A DNA stretch of 64,000 nt, taken from contig CM114271.1 in NCBI GenBank assembly GCA_050084515.1, positions 23,622,001-23,686,000 of the forward strand, in the 5' to 3' direction. This DNA comes from Blasia pusilla (lineage: Eukaryota). The notes under the pieces are model-generated. The model was not told the origin of the DNA. It searched no databases and saw nothing but the letters and a program-made list of their open reading frames with translations. Shown one piece after another: positions 13,740 through 27,115 of the stretch (the first letter of the stretch is position 1; each line of letters starts with the position of its first letter). Made by a program: the position numbers and the translations under genes.

Positions 13740-16700
13740 ACAAATTACATTTAGGAATCAAGGGAATTATGGGAAACAAAATGGAAAGAATACATATATG
13801 TGCAACATATTAATATTGGAATAAAAAAACTTTCACCAAGTATGAAAGCGATTTCCAAAAAAAAACATGTTAATAAAATAAATGAATGGAAAATGGTGAT
13901 GGAGATACTTTAATAACACTTATATATGAAAGACTAAAATCAGGAGGAATTGTTATATCTGTCATATCTGGATCACAATTAGTATCAACTAAGCAAATTG
14001 TTGGAATTCCTAAGATAATACACTCTTGAATAGTTATTTTTGGTAGTCCACATGGAAGGTGTCATTTACAACGACTGGACAAGTGTGTATAGGATGTCCT
14101 TAAAGAGGTTGGAGGATAATGTTATGAGGTTAAGGATGACGTGCTAAGGACTAGGGAAATATGAAAGAGCCGGTTTTTTTTCATTTTTTAGACTCATTTC
14201 GAGTTATATGGATGAACTTATTATTTCAAGTATGTGTCTATTCCACAAATTTAGAATTGCTATAGGAGGTGGCGAGGAAGGAGTGAGGTTGAAGTGGTTA
14301 TTCATCTACATGGAAGGTGAGTTCATCATGAACCTCTAGCAAAAGGTTGGTATGGCCTTTCAATGTGCATAAGTGGACCGAATACAATGGAATGTTGTTG
14401 CAAAGAGTGGTTATTGTATTGAAGGTCATAGACCCTTGATCTAAGGATCTCATAATATCAAGAGACAAGTCACTAGACTATATGGCATGGAAGGCTTAGG
14501 AGTAGTGGAGTTTTTTCCTTTATTATTTTGTGAATATTTTTCTTGTTTCCACATTGAGGGATATTCCCATATGCTTAATTTTCAATGAAAGATCTTGATC
14601 GAGAGGAGTTTACTTTTAAAGTAATGCAACATTTAGGAGCATCAATTATCAAACACAAAATTGTGAAAAAAATACCCATGAATGAAAAGATCATCAAAAG
14701 TCCCAAAAGAAGAAGGAGAGGGAATAAGTTTACCAAAAAAGACCACGGAGCATCCCTATAAAGAGGCTTACGGCATGTGAGAACTTGACTATCACTCAAC
14801 ATTGGGATATCCCGAGGTACGTGACCATGTAAGGAGGATGTTGTCAACTAGGGATTTGGAGATTCTATCTTGGAAATTATGTCCATCAACAAAAGAAAGT
14901 GCTTGCGATGTTGGAGAAGATAGCGAGATGCACTATTTTATGTGTGCAAGAACATTTACCTTCAGAGGTTCTCGTGTTAGAGAGAAGATTGTGATAGTAC
15001 TATTTGGAAAGATCATGTGCATAACTCTATGTTGTGTCATCTTAAAAATATTAATATGAGTGTTGACTCGAGCTCGACCATAGTTTGCGTGGGCTTGAGA
15101 TGTGTGTTGTATGGTGTTTCCAAGGGATCCGGAGTGACCATGATGCTGGTTTGTGATGGATGTTCCAAGTATGGCATATATCGCGTTTGACGTTGCTTGT
15201 TGACTTGGTTCCTCACAGACCTTGGCTTTATCCCAGATGTATATAGGTGTAACAGGTAGATTACAAATAACTCTTGATGTTATAGAATGCATGAAGGTGA
15301 CTAAAAATGGAATGACATACCACCCATCCTCTTGATCTTAGCACCAAAAAGGTGCAAAAAATTTAGATTTATTGCGTAGTCTATCTACATTTAGACTACC
15401 AACTTAGGGTGGCGATTGGGTTGTGTGTAGTCATTCATGTGGAGATGTGTAAGAATTGGTAGTATAGATGGATCTTAGTTGATATGCGTGGACATAGACA
15501 TAAGACAAGACTTATGGAAAAGGGATATGTCCAAAGGGAAGACATTGACATTCACAATGGGGTTCTCTCATAAATGGTGACTATTGCATCTATTTTTTGA
15601 AGCAAAGTCTGAGGCAAAGATACAAGAGATTTGAGATCTTTATGACCATACAAGGACATACTCAGAGTGAGTTTGATTGTTGTACGCCTCTGAAGAAGAT
15701 AGAGGGATGTTGTGATCTTGGTTGCACTCCCTCGCTATTATATGTAAATAACATGTTCATCGACAGTGAAAATAGCGAAGCTGTTTCTGAATTGAAGGGA
15801 CAATTTAGCAAGAAGTTCAACATGAAGCACTTGGATCCTTCAAAGAGGATTCTTGAAAAAGGTATCCATAGAGATTGGATAAGTATACAACAATGGATAT
15901 CCTATAGGAGATACCTTAACAAATACTTTTATGTTTTAGTATGGAAAATGCTCAATTAGGTTTTGGCTTGCAGAATGGTAAATTTGTGAGCACTCCTTTA
16001 GATGGTCATTTTAGATCCTCCCTTTTTTTTCTAATTCGTTGCAAATACCTAAGTCTATTGTGCCCATACTTGTAAGGACTCGAGAAGCAAGTCGTGATCA
16101 TGGGTTAAGGAAGAAAGACCTTGGTATGATGCACACATAGTTAGAATCTAAAATAGCAAGTTGTGAGACTAGGAATGGAGGCAGAACGAGACGTTGAAAT
16201 TACACCAAGCGAGATGTTAGACTACCCTTAGAAAAAAAGGGGGAAAATCTACTCTTAGGGATAAGGTTAAGGAAATTAAGATATGAGATCTTTGAGCCAA
16301 GTTCCAAGTCAAGGGCAAGAAGTAAGGAATACGCGAGTAATCAAGACGAGCGAGACGCCACGTATGAGACTAATCATGAAATGTGATGGGTAGCAAAACA
16401 CCGATGAGACACCAAATGGGCAGACAAGTAGGCTCTAGTTATGAGACATACAAAATAAGGGCCGATTGCAAGCTCCTAGATGCATTCATAGAGTTCAGAG
16501 TTGCAAAATCTACACGAAGCCTCCATGCCACTAAGTCATCTTGAGGGATACCTAGTCAAACACATGTAGGTGGGTTGTGGACCATATTTGGGTTGAGGGC
16601 CAAAATCAAGGGCTTGAAGGGGAGGTTGGGAAAGGTAAGGTTTTGATGGAAACCTCCCGAATTACCTAAAAGGGGGTAGACTCTCCTTCCCTACCCGCTC

Positions 16701-17600
16701 AAGTCCATAAATAAGGAACCTACTATGATGCGTACTTTTTCGTGTTTCAGGTTTGAGCTAAGGCATTGTTTAGGGGGAACCTTGCTAGGATTAACCAACT
16801 CGCTCCGGGGAGATTCATTGAATTTTGGGGAAGAGGCTTCCTAGGAAGATAATCTACACTTTGTGAGGCTTGACCTAACTAGTGCTTGGCGGCATCTTGG
16901 CTACCTATGGAAGACGCAATTGGTTGAGTTTTTGAGATTCAATCCAAGACTTCCATTTGCAACGCTCAAGATCGGGAGTACGTTAAGGAGAAGCAAGGAG
17001 GGATAGAGGTTGAACTCTATGACGATTGAATATGAAAGGAAAGCATTGCCCTAGGTTCCTTATGATAATACGGTTGGAAATTCGAGACATCCAGTGATAA
17101 GTATTTGACTTGCTGTCTTGATGTTAGAAAATCTGGTTTGTTGGTTTATATCTAACCAAGGGAAGCAACATTGGCAAGTAGTGAAGTGGAATCTTCATTA
17201 TTTGAAGGGGATAGTGCCCATATGAGTTGTCTTTCATCGTACAGTAGATGGAGCTCGAGCTCTACTTAGGTATATGCATCGTGATGTTGAAGGATATTTG
17301 GACAAAAGAAGGTCCACCATGTGTTTTGTGTACATATTGGTGGATGGACCAGTTTGGTTGAAGTCCACACTACAAGCTTTTGTAGCAAAATCTACCTCAA
17401 AGGCCAAGTATATGGCTGCATCAAAGGCATCTAAGGATACTCGCCTTAGAGAATTAAAGTTGAGCTTGGTTTATTGCATGATGGATTTTTCATAAATTTG
17501 GATGGATAGTTAAGTAGAGTGGTATACACTTGGCTAAAAACCAAATGTTTCTTGCAAGGAGAAATCATAATGAAGTTACTTCAATTGATATCATTTCATT
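13740..17600 (+). mobile_element. Degenerate Ty1/Copia retrotransposon remnant (RT and RNase H clear, gag uncertain)
   Basis: Copia RT motifs KGYVQREDID (~15520) and LKQSLRQRYKRF...LLYVNNMFI...KKFNMKHLD (ORF 15597..15959). RNase H motifs LDKRRSTMCFVYILVDGPVWLKSTLQ...STSKAKYMAASKASK (17274..17495) and LAKNQMFLARRNH (~17530). The 5' limit is uncertain. Confidence 0.8.
16040..17005. mobile_element. LTR-like insertion interrupting the Copia RT; distant relative of the ~1-kb solo LTR family
   Basis: Copia RT text (VSTPLDGHF ... VPY) is split by ~1 kb. The insert shares gggttgagggcc and a gcaac.ct.aagat...gtt.aaggaga end motif with the solo LTRs. Ends and TSD not resolved. Confidence 0.45.
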
Positions 17601-19699
17601 TAAGAGGGGAAAACTTCAGGCTTGATGTTGATAATCAATTTACAAATTTTCCTTTTTTTAGTGTAGAGAATATAAGGCAAGATTGAGAGTTTTTCCAAAT
17701 ATCTTGTATTATATCAATTATCAAAGTCACGACATTTGATGGTCAACTATATAGAGGTAGCTTCCAAATTAAGAGGAATTGAATCACATATAGCATGTAC
17801 GTATAACCCGTATGATCAATTGTTCAATATTTTATAACATTTAGAGGTTGTGATCGATACTTCAAAGGTGTGCAGGTTGATGGGAAAGGCTTTCAAGGTG
17901 CAAGGCTCTAACTTGGTGGCATGCATGGACTTAGAGAGAATTTGCAAAGATACTTTCAACATCACTTTAAGGTTAACCATCCTAGTGTTATTCCTCCCAT
18001 ATTGGGCTTAATTAGGAAGTCCGTGTGCATGTTGTGAAAGCAACGTACCCATATGGTAAGGATGTCTTACCTTGGAGGATGTTGATATTTAGTTACTTTC
18101 TATTGATGATTGTGAGGGTGTTGGAGGTGTGATTTATTTATAAATTAAATGTGAGAGTTTGGTGACATCCATTATTTTAAGTGCGTTGATTAGTGCATAA
18201 GATCACTATGAAATTTCTTTTTGCTATTGTTAGGATAGAGTAATACCGTACTAATCAAGAGGCTACAAAGTGTGCAGGCAAGTTATTGAGTGTTGGTCTT
18301 GAATAAGACATGTGTATGTCTTAAGTTGGATATTTCTTTTTGTACGTCTTGCGGCTTTGGAGTGGGATAAACAAACACTCCACTAACCATATCCTCCATC
18401 TATATATTAAAATTTTTTTCAAAATATCACGAGTGTCATCATGCCATTCTTGTGGGACATGGGTGATTGCGATAAAACAAGTCCACAAATGGACCTTGGC
18501 AATTTTGGGGCATGTTGGAGACCATCAAGTTGGATGATCCATGGAGTAGTTTGATAGTTGTTGTGATGTATGAAGGATGTAGAGCCAATAGATATTTGAC
18601 CCTTTCATGGCATTGAAGGGACTTTTTGAGGATCAAGAGGGCCTTTCCATGGACGATTAGCATCAATTTTGGATTTTCCAAGAGGTGGACTTCGAGGGAT
18701 GAAAACTATACCGATGTTTATGAGATATATCTCTCATTAGGGATGCAATGTATAATATGGACTATAATTGTAACTATAATGACAACCATTTCTTGCTCAT
18801 AGGAGATATTTAAAGAGTTGTTGACACAAGTGCTACAACTAGGCCTATCCAAGTATAACCCGCCTTTAACCCATTGATTGAGCTCTTTCAAGAGTAAGGG
18901 AGGAACTACCATGGGATGAAGTTTGATAAATTAAAATCAATATATGAAATTTAACGTACATGGGAAGGGACTTCCAAAGGCATAAGAAATAAGTTAGTAT
19001 GTGATAGATGCAATAACGATGCAATAAAGATATGCCATGCTAGACCGCTATCATTTCGAGAGCCTTTCTTTGAGTAAGGGCATACCTTCTTGTTACGAAA
19101 ATTGTTGATGTAAGATGAGTTATGTGACAAGTTCTTTCCCTATTCAAAGTAGAACCATGGTGTTCACTTTCCATTCTGTAACGATAGGGATCACAAATGG
19201 CAGTTGTGCCGAAGTAATCACTTATTCGTAATACCTAAACCCAAAATTCCTCACTATGAAGTCTCTATAACCCACTTTGTGTTTTCACACTAAAAATATT
19301 GTACAAATAGTACTAAAACCTAATTAGGAAGACTTATTTGCATCTATTGGTTGATGAATAGTGACTTTTGATATACGATCCCTAATTCTTCCGTAAGTGA
19401 TAATTATACAAATATTATCGGAGTTGGTGGTTCTATGACTTCCTTAATAAATGTCTCTCTAAAGTCAAATACTAAATAACAAATAAGCCATAATTTATCC
19501 ACAAAGAGGATTTTTATGTGATACAGGTTTAGCAAAGAAAATCAACGACCTTTCATGTTGCGCCTTTATCAATATTTGACAAACATCCTCTATCCTTCTC
19601 TTTCTTCCTACATAGTTTAGGATCAAGGCGACTACTACACATATTCCCTCAAACTCATGAATGCTATGTTTCCCAAAATTAATGTACAATCATCAATCT

Positions 19700-20530
19700 C
19701 TAAATTTGCTCAAGAATGGATCATTGTTGAATTATTCTCCCAAGAGGGGTAAATACACTCGAGTTGAAAGAGTAACCAAGTCTAATATTATCCATTATTT
19801 AAAAAGTTGACAAAATACAAATTTTCTTAGATAACAAGTTTATAAAAAATACTTGACTCCACACTCATAAACTCTCAAACTCCTAAAGGGTGGGTCATGG
19901 CAAAATTATTCTTCCAAGAAGAGTAATTTATTCTCACTAGAAGAGCAACCAAGTCTAATATCATTGTCTCACGAATGGCAAAGACAACTCAAGAAAATGG
20001 AATTCGAGATAGTGAATACTTTAAGATCCCTCCGCTTTATGTATTCATTAAGGATCTATAAGAGTTGAAAGTAAGGCCTATCTTACCATGTACTACATGA
20101 CTTTCTCTCAAGGCTTGACTCATTTTGTTTGGAGACAAGTAAATTATTTTTTATCTCTTAGTAGAATATCATCATGAAACCATTTAATATCCTTCAACTA
20201 TCATAGCATTGATTTCTTCACCGATCCTCATATACTACTTTAGAATTATTTTTAAAAAGATCCCATTAAAATTTATTTTTCCTTCCCATCAAATATGAAT
20301 TAGGGCACAAATTTTATTATTTATTTATTTTTATTATCCCACCTTATTAACACTAAGGATCATCCATTATAATATTAATTATTAATTGGTTAATAAATTT
20401 CCTCTCTTTCATACAATCTCTCTAGCATCCATCTCTACCTATCTAATATGACTCAAACAACAAAATTCCAACAAATTACTATTCTATCTTATTATCTTGT
20501 TATATTCTACTCATAGGTTGCCCATTATTT
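19700..20530 (-). repeat. Further copy of the AT-rich Helitron-like repeat family
   Basis: 20260-20520 resembles 9460-9720 (ccattaaaattt.attt..ccttccca; ctacc.atctaatatgactc; tatt.tatcttattat). Boundaries approximate. Confidence 0.5.
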
Positions 20531-23032
20531 ATTTGAGATGAATAACCAGAAATTTGAAGGTTTACAAGAAAAATCTACTTGCAACAGAGAACACCTACAA
20601 CGTTGGATGTAACACCAAGACACACGATCTTGAGAGTGAGTAAGAAAGGTTGCATCAAAATGGACAAGTCCGTCCATGGGAGGCTCATGTGAGGACTAGT
20701 TAACAGTCATGCCAAACCGATCAACTCCTTGGGTTTTCTCTTAGCCCAGGTCGCCCACTCAGGCTCTAGTTGCGAGAACATGTACGTGGTGGAACCAAGG
20801 ATATGGGCTTGTCACGTCTTTTAGGATAGATCGGTGAGATCTAGTAGAGCGCCTTTGTTAGTAGTGGAGGACACGCTCAGTAGGTCGAGGATGACCTGTT
20901 GAGGCCCCGGGAAATCTGAGAGAGCAGGTTTTCCCTTCGTTTCGGCTCATTTGGAACCATATTGAAGAACTTACTATTTTAGGAAAGTACCATTTTGAGT
21001 ATATGATCGATTTTATATTTTTGGTAAGTGGCCCTTGACCTCCTACATCAAGTCAAGAGCCAAGGAGGTGACTTGGGAGAATAGGTTACCATGCAGAGAA
21101 CTTGGGAGAGGGGAGGGGTATACCTCAAGGAGAGAGAGCTTGAGAGCTCATTCTCTCTTTATTGAACCTCTTGGCATGAGGCGGCGGAGGTATGGTCCCT
21201 TGCCTTGTGAGTGTAACCCAAGCCTCTCATTAGGAGAGTGGGTTTGGTTTGACATGAGAGAGAGTGCACACCTTTGAGAGCTATGGTGTGAAATGGTGTA
21301 GAGAGAGATTGGATCTTACTTTACAAAGAGAGAATGAGAGAGTGAGATAACTTCATGGGGGAGCTTTCTGGTCACTCGCTATTTTTGCAAGACGATGTTC
21401 CCCGTTCAAGGGCTCATAGGAGTGCTCACCGGAGCAAGGGTTGCTTTGATTGTTCTTTGCATTTGCCAATTTTTGTGTGGAAGAGTGGCGCGCGGAAGCG
21501 CTGCCCAATTTCTGATGGGGATTGATTATGGGGCAGGTTGCTCCATGCTGGTGCTCTCAAGAGCACCATGTAGCTTGCTGATTTGTAGTTTTATAGGTTT
21601 TACATTTTGGTTGGGAGAAATCAGCACGGAAGCGCTGCCAAATTTTGTGTAGGAGAAAGAGACATTGGGCTTTACAACAGTCCCGCTCAATTTTTACTGG
21701 AATGTCTAATTACAAATATTTTTTGATGCTATTGTAGATCATGAAGTTGTGCACGTTGTGCAATAAATGGTGCGCAATTTGGAGTTGTGAGTAAAATGTT
21801 ATGGTCAATCTTGAAAAACTTCCATTGCTAGGCGATTTTTAGGGTTAAATTATTCAAACACTAGACCAGCCGCCATGCCGACGGCGGCCGTCACCGTCAA
21901 CGGCCAACCATCACCATCAATGGCCAACCGTCACTATCAACGGTCAACCGTCACCATCAACGATCCACCGTCCACCATTGGTGGTTACCGTTGTCCACCC
22001 TTTGGTTGCCATGGCCGCCATGACGAAGTGGAGGGTCTTCCACGACCACTATTGATTCTTTGACTTGCACCGCCACCACGTACTTGGGTTTGGCCGCCAC
22101 CATCATCAAAGTTTTTTCATCAACCAGTGATGGTAGATGACCTCCGATTATGGTATTTGAGTTTTCATTTCATGCTGCTATGTTGTGATTGGTAGCCGCT
22201 CGACGACGATTGAGTACCGTGCCGTAACGCCGGTAGCCGCAACGCGCCGCCGATTGCCGCGCCATGCTGCTCGTGGACCGCACCGGACCGTCTCGATTGC
22301 GTAGCCGCACTGTCATTATGGAGAAGAGTGTGGGTTTATAATTTATTGAGGAGGATATGCTGCCAAGTGCGGCATCTTACCATCGAGGGCGGTGCCGTTC
22401 GTAGCCGTTCCATGTCGCCTGCAACGCCGCACCGTTCTGCTGGAACTGCACTATCCATCAAGGAGTTTTAAGTAGCGTTAGTACGGGAGGAGTATGACTT
22501 GTTGATTGGAGGAGTTGTCTCGACGACCGAGTTGGGGTAGAGATTTGCAATTGTTGAGGAGCGATATCGACATGTGTTCAGATTACCCATTCTGATGCTT
22601 TACCCTACACGTGTCAAGGATTTTGGGATTTGGGTAGTTTATTTGGGGATATTGGATGTGCGGATGCTGAGAGCATCATTTATGTATGTGGTTTATGGGA
22701 CATAGATCTGTGTGGGATGTCCGGAGTTTAGGGTAGGTTATCGATGAGATGATAAGCCTGGTCGATTTGCCACACCACGCCGCTTGTTGCCGCACGTTAC
22801 ACGTCTCAGGGAGGGAGAGTGTAGATCGAGTGCCGCATGTTTGGGATGAGTGATTGAGGGATTACTCGCGAGGTTGAGAGTGATCGTGTGAGAGGCGCAC
22901 GAGGGCCATCACGCGTCCTTTCAAGATTTTGAGAGGAGAGGTAGTGGACGTGAGAGTAGCTCTGGAGGGTTTACCCGGAGTGGTGGGAGGTTTTGAGGGT
23001 CTCCACGTGAGAGACCATCCCTATCTCCTTCT

Positions 23033-24215
23033 GTGTCATCTTTAGACAAGGAGGAGCATGTAGAGGAGTTTGTGAGCACATCGCCACACATTGTGAGTGG
23101 TCCTACCACTTGGTCGTACGAGATGGACGATCGGGGTAGAGGACCGCGTAGGTTTGCAGATGTAGTTGGCACGATTGAGTTGCACAATTTTATAGAAAAG
23201 TTAGGGAGTTGGTGTGACTCCCAACGGTCCTGGAACTCTACAGAGTTCAACTCGTTTAAAGCATGAAACGGTATGTTCCAGCATTTAGAGGGGGCACCCA
23301 TGGACGATTACCTTGAGTTCTCCCACAAATATGCCTAGGAGATTGGGGCATGGCGACGCTACTACGACCCACACTATGTGTCATGGATGGAGCCATTCCC
23401 AGATGAGGAGGAGGAGTCAGGAGAGGCTACTTCCTCTTCCACTAGTGACATGTTAGGAGGGGTCATTGGCACGGGAGCAGTTGCACCATCTAGTCGGGTT
23501 TGTCCCAGGTTCAACTCTGTGGTTGAGTTCTTTGCTGAGTTGAGGGCGAGCTACCAGGGGGTACGGACGGAGAAGTTGCGGAGGATCCACGACTTCCAGA
23601 GGTTCCCTGATGAGAGTTTGCGTGAGGCTTACACTCGCTCGTGCCGATTGATCAACGTCACTAAGGGGGTGACATTGGCTCATACTATCCAGTCATGATA
23701 CGCGATGCTGGAACGGACCATGCGGACATGGGTGCGGAAGGGGGTGCTTCTTATGAACACCTCCCCTACGTTAAGAGATATTTTCAGGACCGCCGAGAAC
23801 ATTGAGCGCAACATAGCGGAGGAGAGCGTAGCCACCATGGGTTCTGGGCGAGAGCAATCACGATTGTCTGCACTACTTGTGCAGCAATATGGACACCGAG
23901 ATAGGTCAAATGTGGGACCACGAGCTCAGGGAGGATACCGGGAGGCCGTGCCACAGAGACCTGCGCTTTCATATGCGGCTCAAGAGTGTCCGCCTACTAT
24001 TACTTGTTGGTCATGTGGTGGAGCCCATCATCAGCTCCATTCATCTTGTCAGGGTCAAAGACGTGTGCCTCAGCATATATGGAGGAGGAGATGGTGCTGC
24101 ACCAGGAGGTTATCAGTGTGACTATTGTCAGAGGTATGGTCATACACGTACCAGGTCTTTCAGTTTACATCATGAGTTACGTCCCGACCGAGCGCCAAAG
24201 AGGGCACTAGAGTGA
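23033..24215 (+). pseudogene. gag: Retrotransposon Gag (capsid plus two zinc knuckles), with stops and a frameshift
   Basis: MHR-like FQRFPDESLREAYTR. Knuckles CWSCGGAHH(QRDC in copy 3) and CDYCQRYGH. The true start codon is not resolved. Confidence 0.8.
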
Positions 24216-25079
24216 GTAGTCGGTCAGGGTGGGCCTAGAGATCGTGCACCAAGTGGTCTCGTTGGGGGACGAGGAGCAGGAGTTGCCTGTGGAGGAGGTA
24301 GAGTCCTACCACCTAGACGTGTCAAGGGAGATGTCGGGCGTGAGGCTAGGATGGCTGCTCGAGATACATCAGCTACAGGAGCAGATTGCCGCTATGGTAT
24401 TGAGATGACCCGATGCCGGATCCGTGGCATCGAGATCATATGGAGCAGCTAGAGATATGGAGGATCCAGGTTGGATGTGTGGGATTGCCCAGATGGAGGC
24501 CGCCGCAGTTGTGATGCTTGGAGCAGCCATAGAGTTGGATCCACAGCGAGGGGAAGCCAGGAAACAAACTAGGCTTCCCCAATCTTTCACGTTGTCTGAG
24601 GCGATGAGGACCCCATCAATGGGTCCTGATCAGAGTTCCTGGAGAGTTGGTGATGTTGTTGGTGTGCAGGCACGGAGGGTGATGGGAGAAGCGAGTGTGA
24701 AGACTCCTATTGTTGATGCTCAGGAGGGGCATGTGTGGAGCACGCTGTTGGGGGCGGCCACCATTGTGTACCGCGCTCCTTTATTTTCTACTTCTGATGT
24801 TTTGACATTAGGGGGTACGCCCGCCGAGGATTTTTGGCTGGCCGCTATGCTATGTGAGCATGGAGTTGGAGTTCCTACATCACGTTCAGAGGTGATTGCA
24901 GAGGAGGTGATGAACCTGTCCTTGGAGCGGATGCTCGGGCCGTCCACGTTAGCTTCATGGCAGGTAGCGGCTGCTAGGATGGCGGACATGCCCGCTAGAC
25001 CCGCGATAGAGCGTGCCATGGCTTCTCCTGGTGTTGTGTTGTTGGATAATCGAGGAGAGGTCTTCTAGTTGATGAGTCC

Positions 25080-25450
25080 CGAAGGAAGAGCTTTTAGTCC
25101 GCGGCGCGTCTTGTTGAATTCAAGAGCGCAACCCCTGATGTTGGGGAAAGCGTCATTCAAAGGATTGGGCTTGACGAGAGCCGATGTGGAGCGTTGTCCA
25201 TTCCGGATACAGACATCCTTGGGTGGAGCAAGTACCACATAGTATATCACCGGACAAGAGGTCGTGGTGAGGATTTTCCCCGGACATCCTACAGATGAGT
25301 CCGTGGTGCGAGCCAAGGCGATAGTGACTAATGCACAGTCATACGACGTCTTGGTTGGTGGAGCAGTGTTATACCCGCTGGGGTTTTCCCTGGATAATTG
25401 GGAAGAGTCAGTGTCCTATAGACCAGGATGGCAATTAGGTGATGGATGCC
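25080..25450 (+). pseudogene. Retropepsin-type aspartic protease domain (degenerate)
   Basis: VLLNSRAQPLMLG, a decayed VLLDSGAQP, at ~25108. The YDVLVG C-terminal motif follows. Confidence 0.7.
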
Positions 25451-25820
25451 TTAGCTCATTACCCGTTCGATTCACATGTGTAGTGATCGAGCAATTGCCA
25501 TGAGAGATGGCGACCTTAGCAGCATTTAGCATTGCCATCACTTGGCTTAGTGATTTGATTGAGGGACATGTCCATGCAGAGGATACTCCCATTTGTGACA
25601 TTTGTATGGAGAGGAGAGTTATGGTAGTCGCATCATTCCGTGGAGGAGAGGTGCCGCTGTGGGGCTCGATTGAGGAGCTTCGACGATTGGCAGATGAGTT
25701 CGTGCAAACCGCGTGGAGCGAGGCGTTTGCACCGGAGCATGATGGGTCTGAGGAACCCAAGGTAGCAGGGAGTGCTACGATGATAGTCTTGGATACCACA
25801 CCCATTGTGTGGATATTTGA

Positions 25821-26760
25821 GTGTTAGATCTCTTTGGAGGGATTAGCACCGAGTTAACTACTATTTTGCAGGCAGGAGTGCAAGTATAACAATACATGTA
25901 TGTGGAGAGTGATGATGTTGCAAGGCGCATCTCATTACGACATATGGCGCAGTTACGCCTATGTTTTCTCGACTTATTGTCTGCGTCCTCGGTACAGGAA
26001 TTCCAGAGTTCCCTACCGAGGGATATTTTGTTGTTGGGGGTGCAGGACTTAGGGTTTAGGGTTTAGGGTTTAGGGACCATTGATTTGGTCATTTCTGGTC
26101 GGCCATGTGAGGGCCAATCGAGTGCTGGACGAGGCAACGGGTTGGTTGATACTCGATCCTGGTTGTTTTGGGAGATGTTGAGGGTCTTACGGCACTTGGA
26201 GGAGCACCAATCTCGTTCTCTAGCCTATATTATGGAGAATGTGCCATCTTAGGAGACTCCAGGTCACGGGTGGTGACAAGTGCTCATCAAGTGCGTGCCT
26301 GGATCGGCCCAGCAATGTTCTTGGATGCGGCGAGTGTAGGTTCTAAAGCCCATCGCCCGCGTCTATGGTGGACCAACTTGGTGCCCCATGCGGTGTTACG
26401 GAGGGCGTATGCGAGAGTGGAGCACCCCTCCCATTTGTTAGTGGATTCCATTCTGGATCGAGGTCGTCGATCACATGCAGTGAGGCATGATGATCGACCA
26501 CCGTTGACTGTGGTCAACAGGGTAAGCAGGCCGCAGGTAGCCTTTCCCACGTTTGTGAGTTTTCACGCTTCGTATGCATACAAGGAGGCCGGTCCTGGCT
26601 TGGTTTGGGATGACGTGGTTCAGAGGTTGGTGGGGCCCAACGCCAATGAGAGAGAGTAGGCGATGGGATTTCCCCCAGGAGTGACGGCACTCTCGTCAGT
26701 ATCAGAGGCATCACGACGTCATGTCTTGGGTCAGGCGATGTACCTGAATAATTTGACATG
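25821..26760 (+). pseudogene. DNMT3-like C5-cytosine DNA methyltransferase domain inside Pol, copy 1 (degenerate)
   Basis: Motif I VLDLFGGIST (25821), II YVESD, IV IDLVISGRPCEG, VI YIMENVP (ENV 26235-26243), VIII DAASVGSKAHRPRLWWTNL, IX-X ERE.AMGFP...RRHVLGQAM. Confidence 0.9.
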
Positions 26761-27115
26761 GATCTTCAGCTTCGGAGTGGCTGACCAGCGTCAGATGAGA
26801 TCGCGACAGATCACAGCGGTTGCGTTGGTGAGCCCCATGCCTACCGAGACAGTGGAGGCAGTGGCTGGGGGCGAGACCCGAGGAGATCGACACACCAAGG
26901 GAGATCGAGAGAGACACCCTTGGACTTCTTGGGATGTTTTGCAGGTAGGCCAGGAGATAATAGCCACAGCATCAAGCGTGGTTCCGAGCAATGCATGTGG
27001 AGGAGATCAGAGTTTGTTGTTGGCCGCAGGAGAGCGTTCGAGTATTGTCGTTCGAGACGGGGTTGCACCATAGCAACCACCGATATCCGCGCCGGAGAGT
27101 CCTACTGTAGTCACG

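Noticed and set aside
16037-16964. Perfect 10-bp inverted repeat CGTTGCAAAT...ATTTGCAACG as TIRs of a DNA transposon
   Set aside because: There is no TSD, and LTR-like similarity continues ~40 bp beyond the right copy. Probably coincidental.
17650-19400. Possible further retroelement coding remnants (also 33400-34320)
   Set aside because: Too degraded to assign any motif confidently.
21035-21277. 80-aa ORF repeated at 53722 and 63351 as a possible accessory gene
   Set aside because: It lies inside repeat A, starts at TTG upstream of the predicted TSS, has no recognisable domain and is not intact in the 31.7-kb copy. Its recurrence just reflects the repeat.
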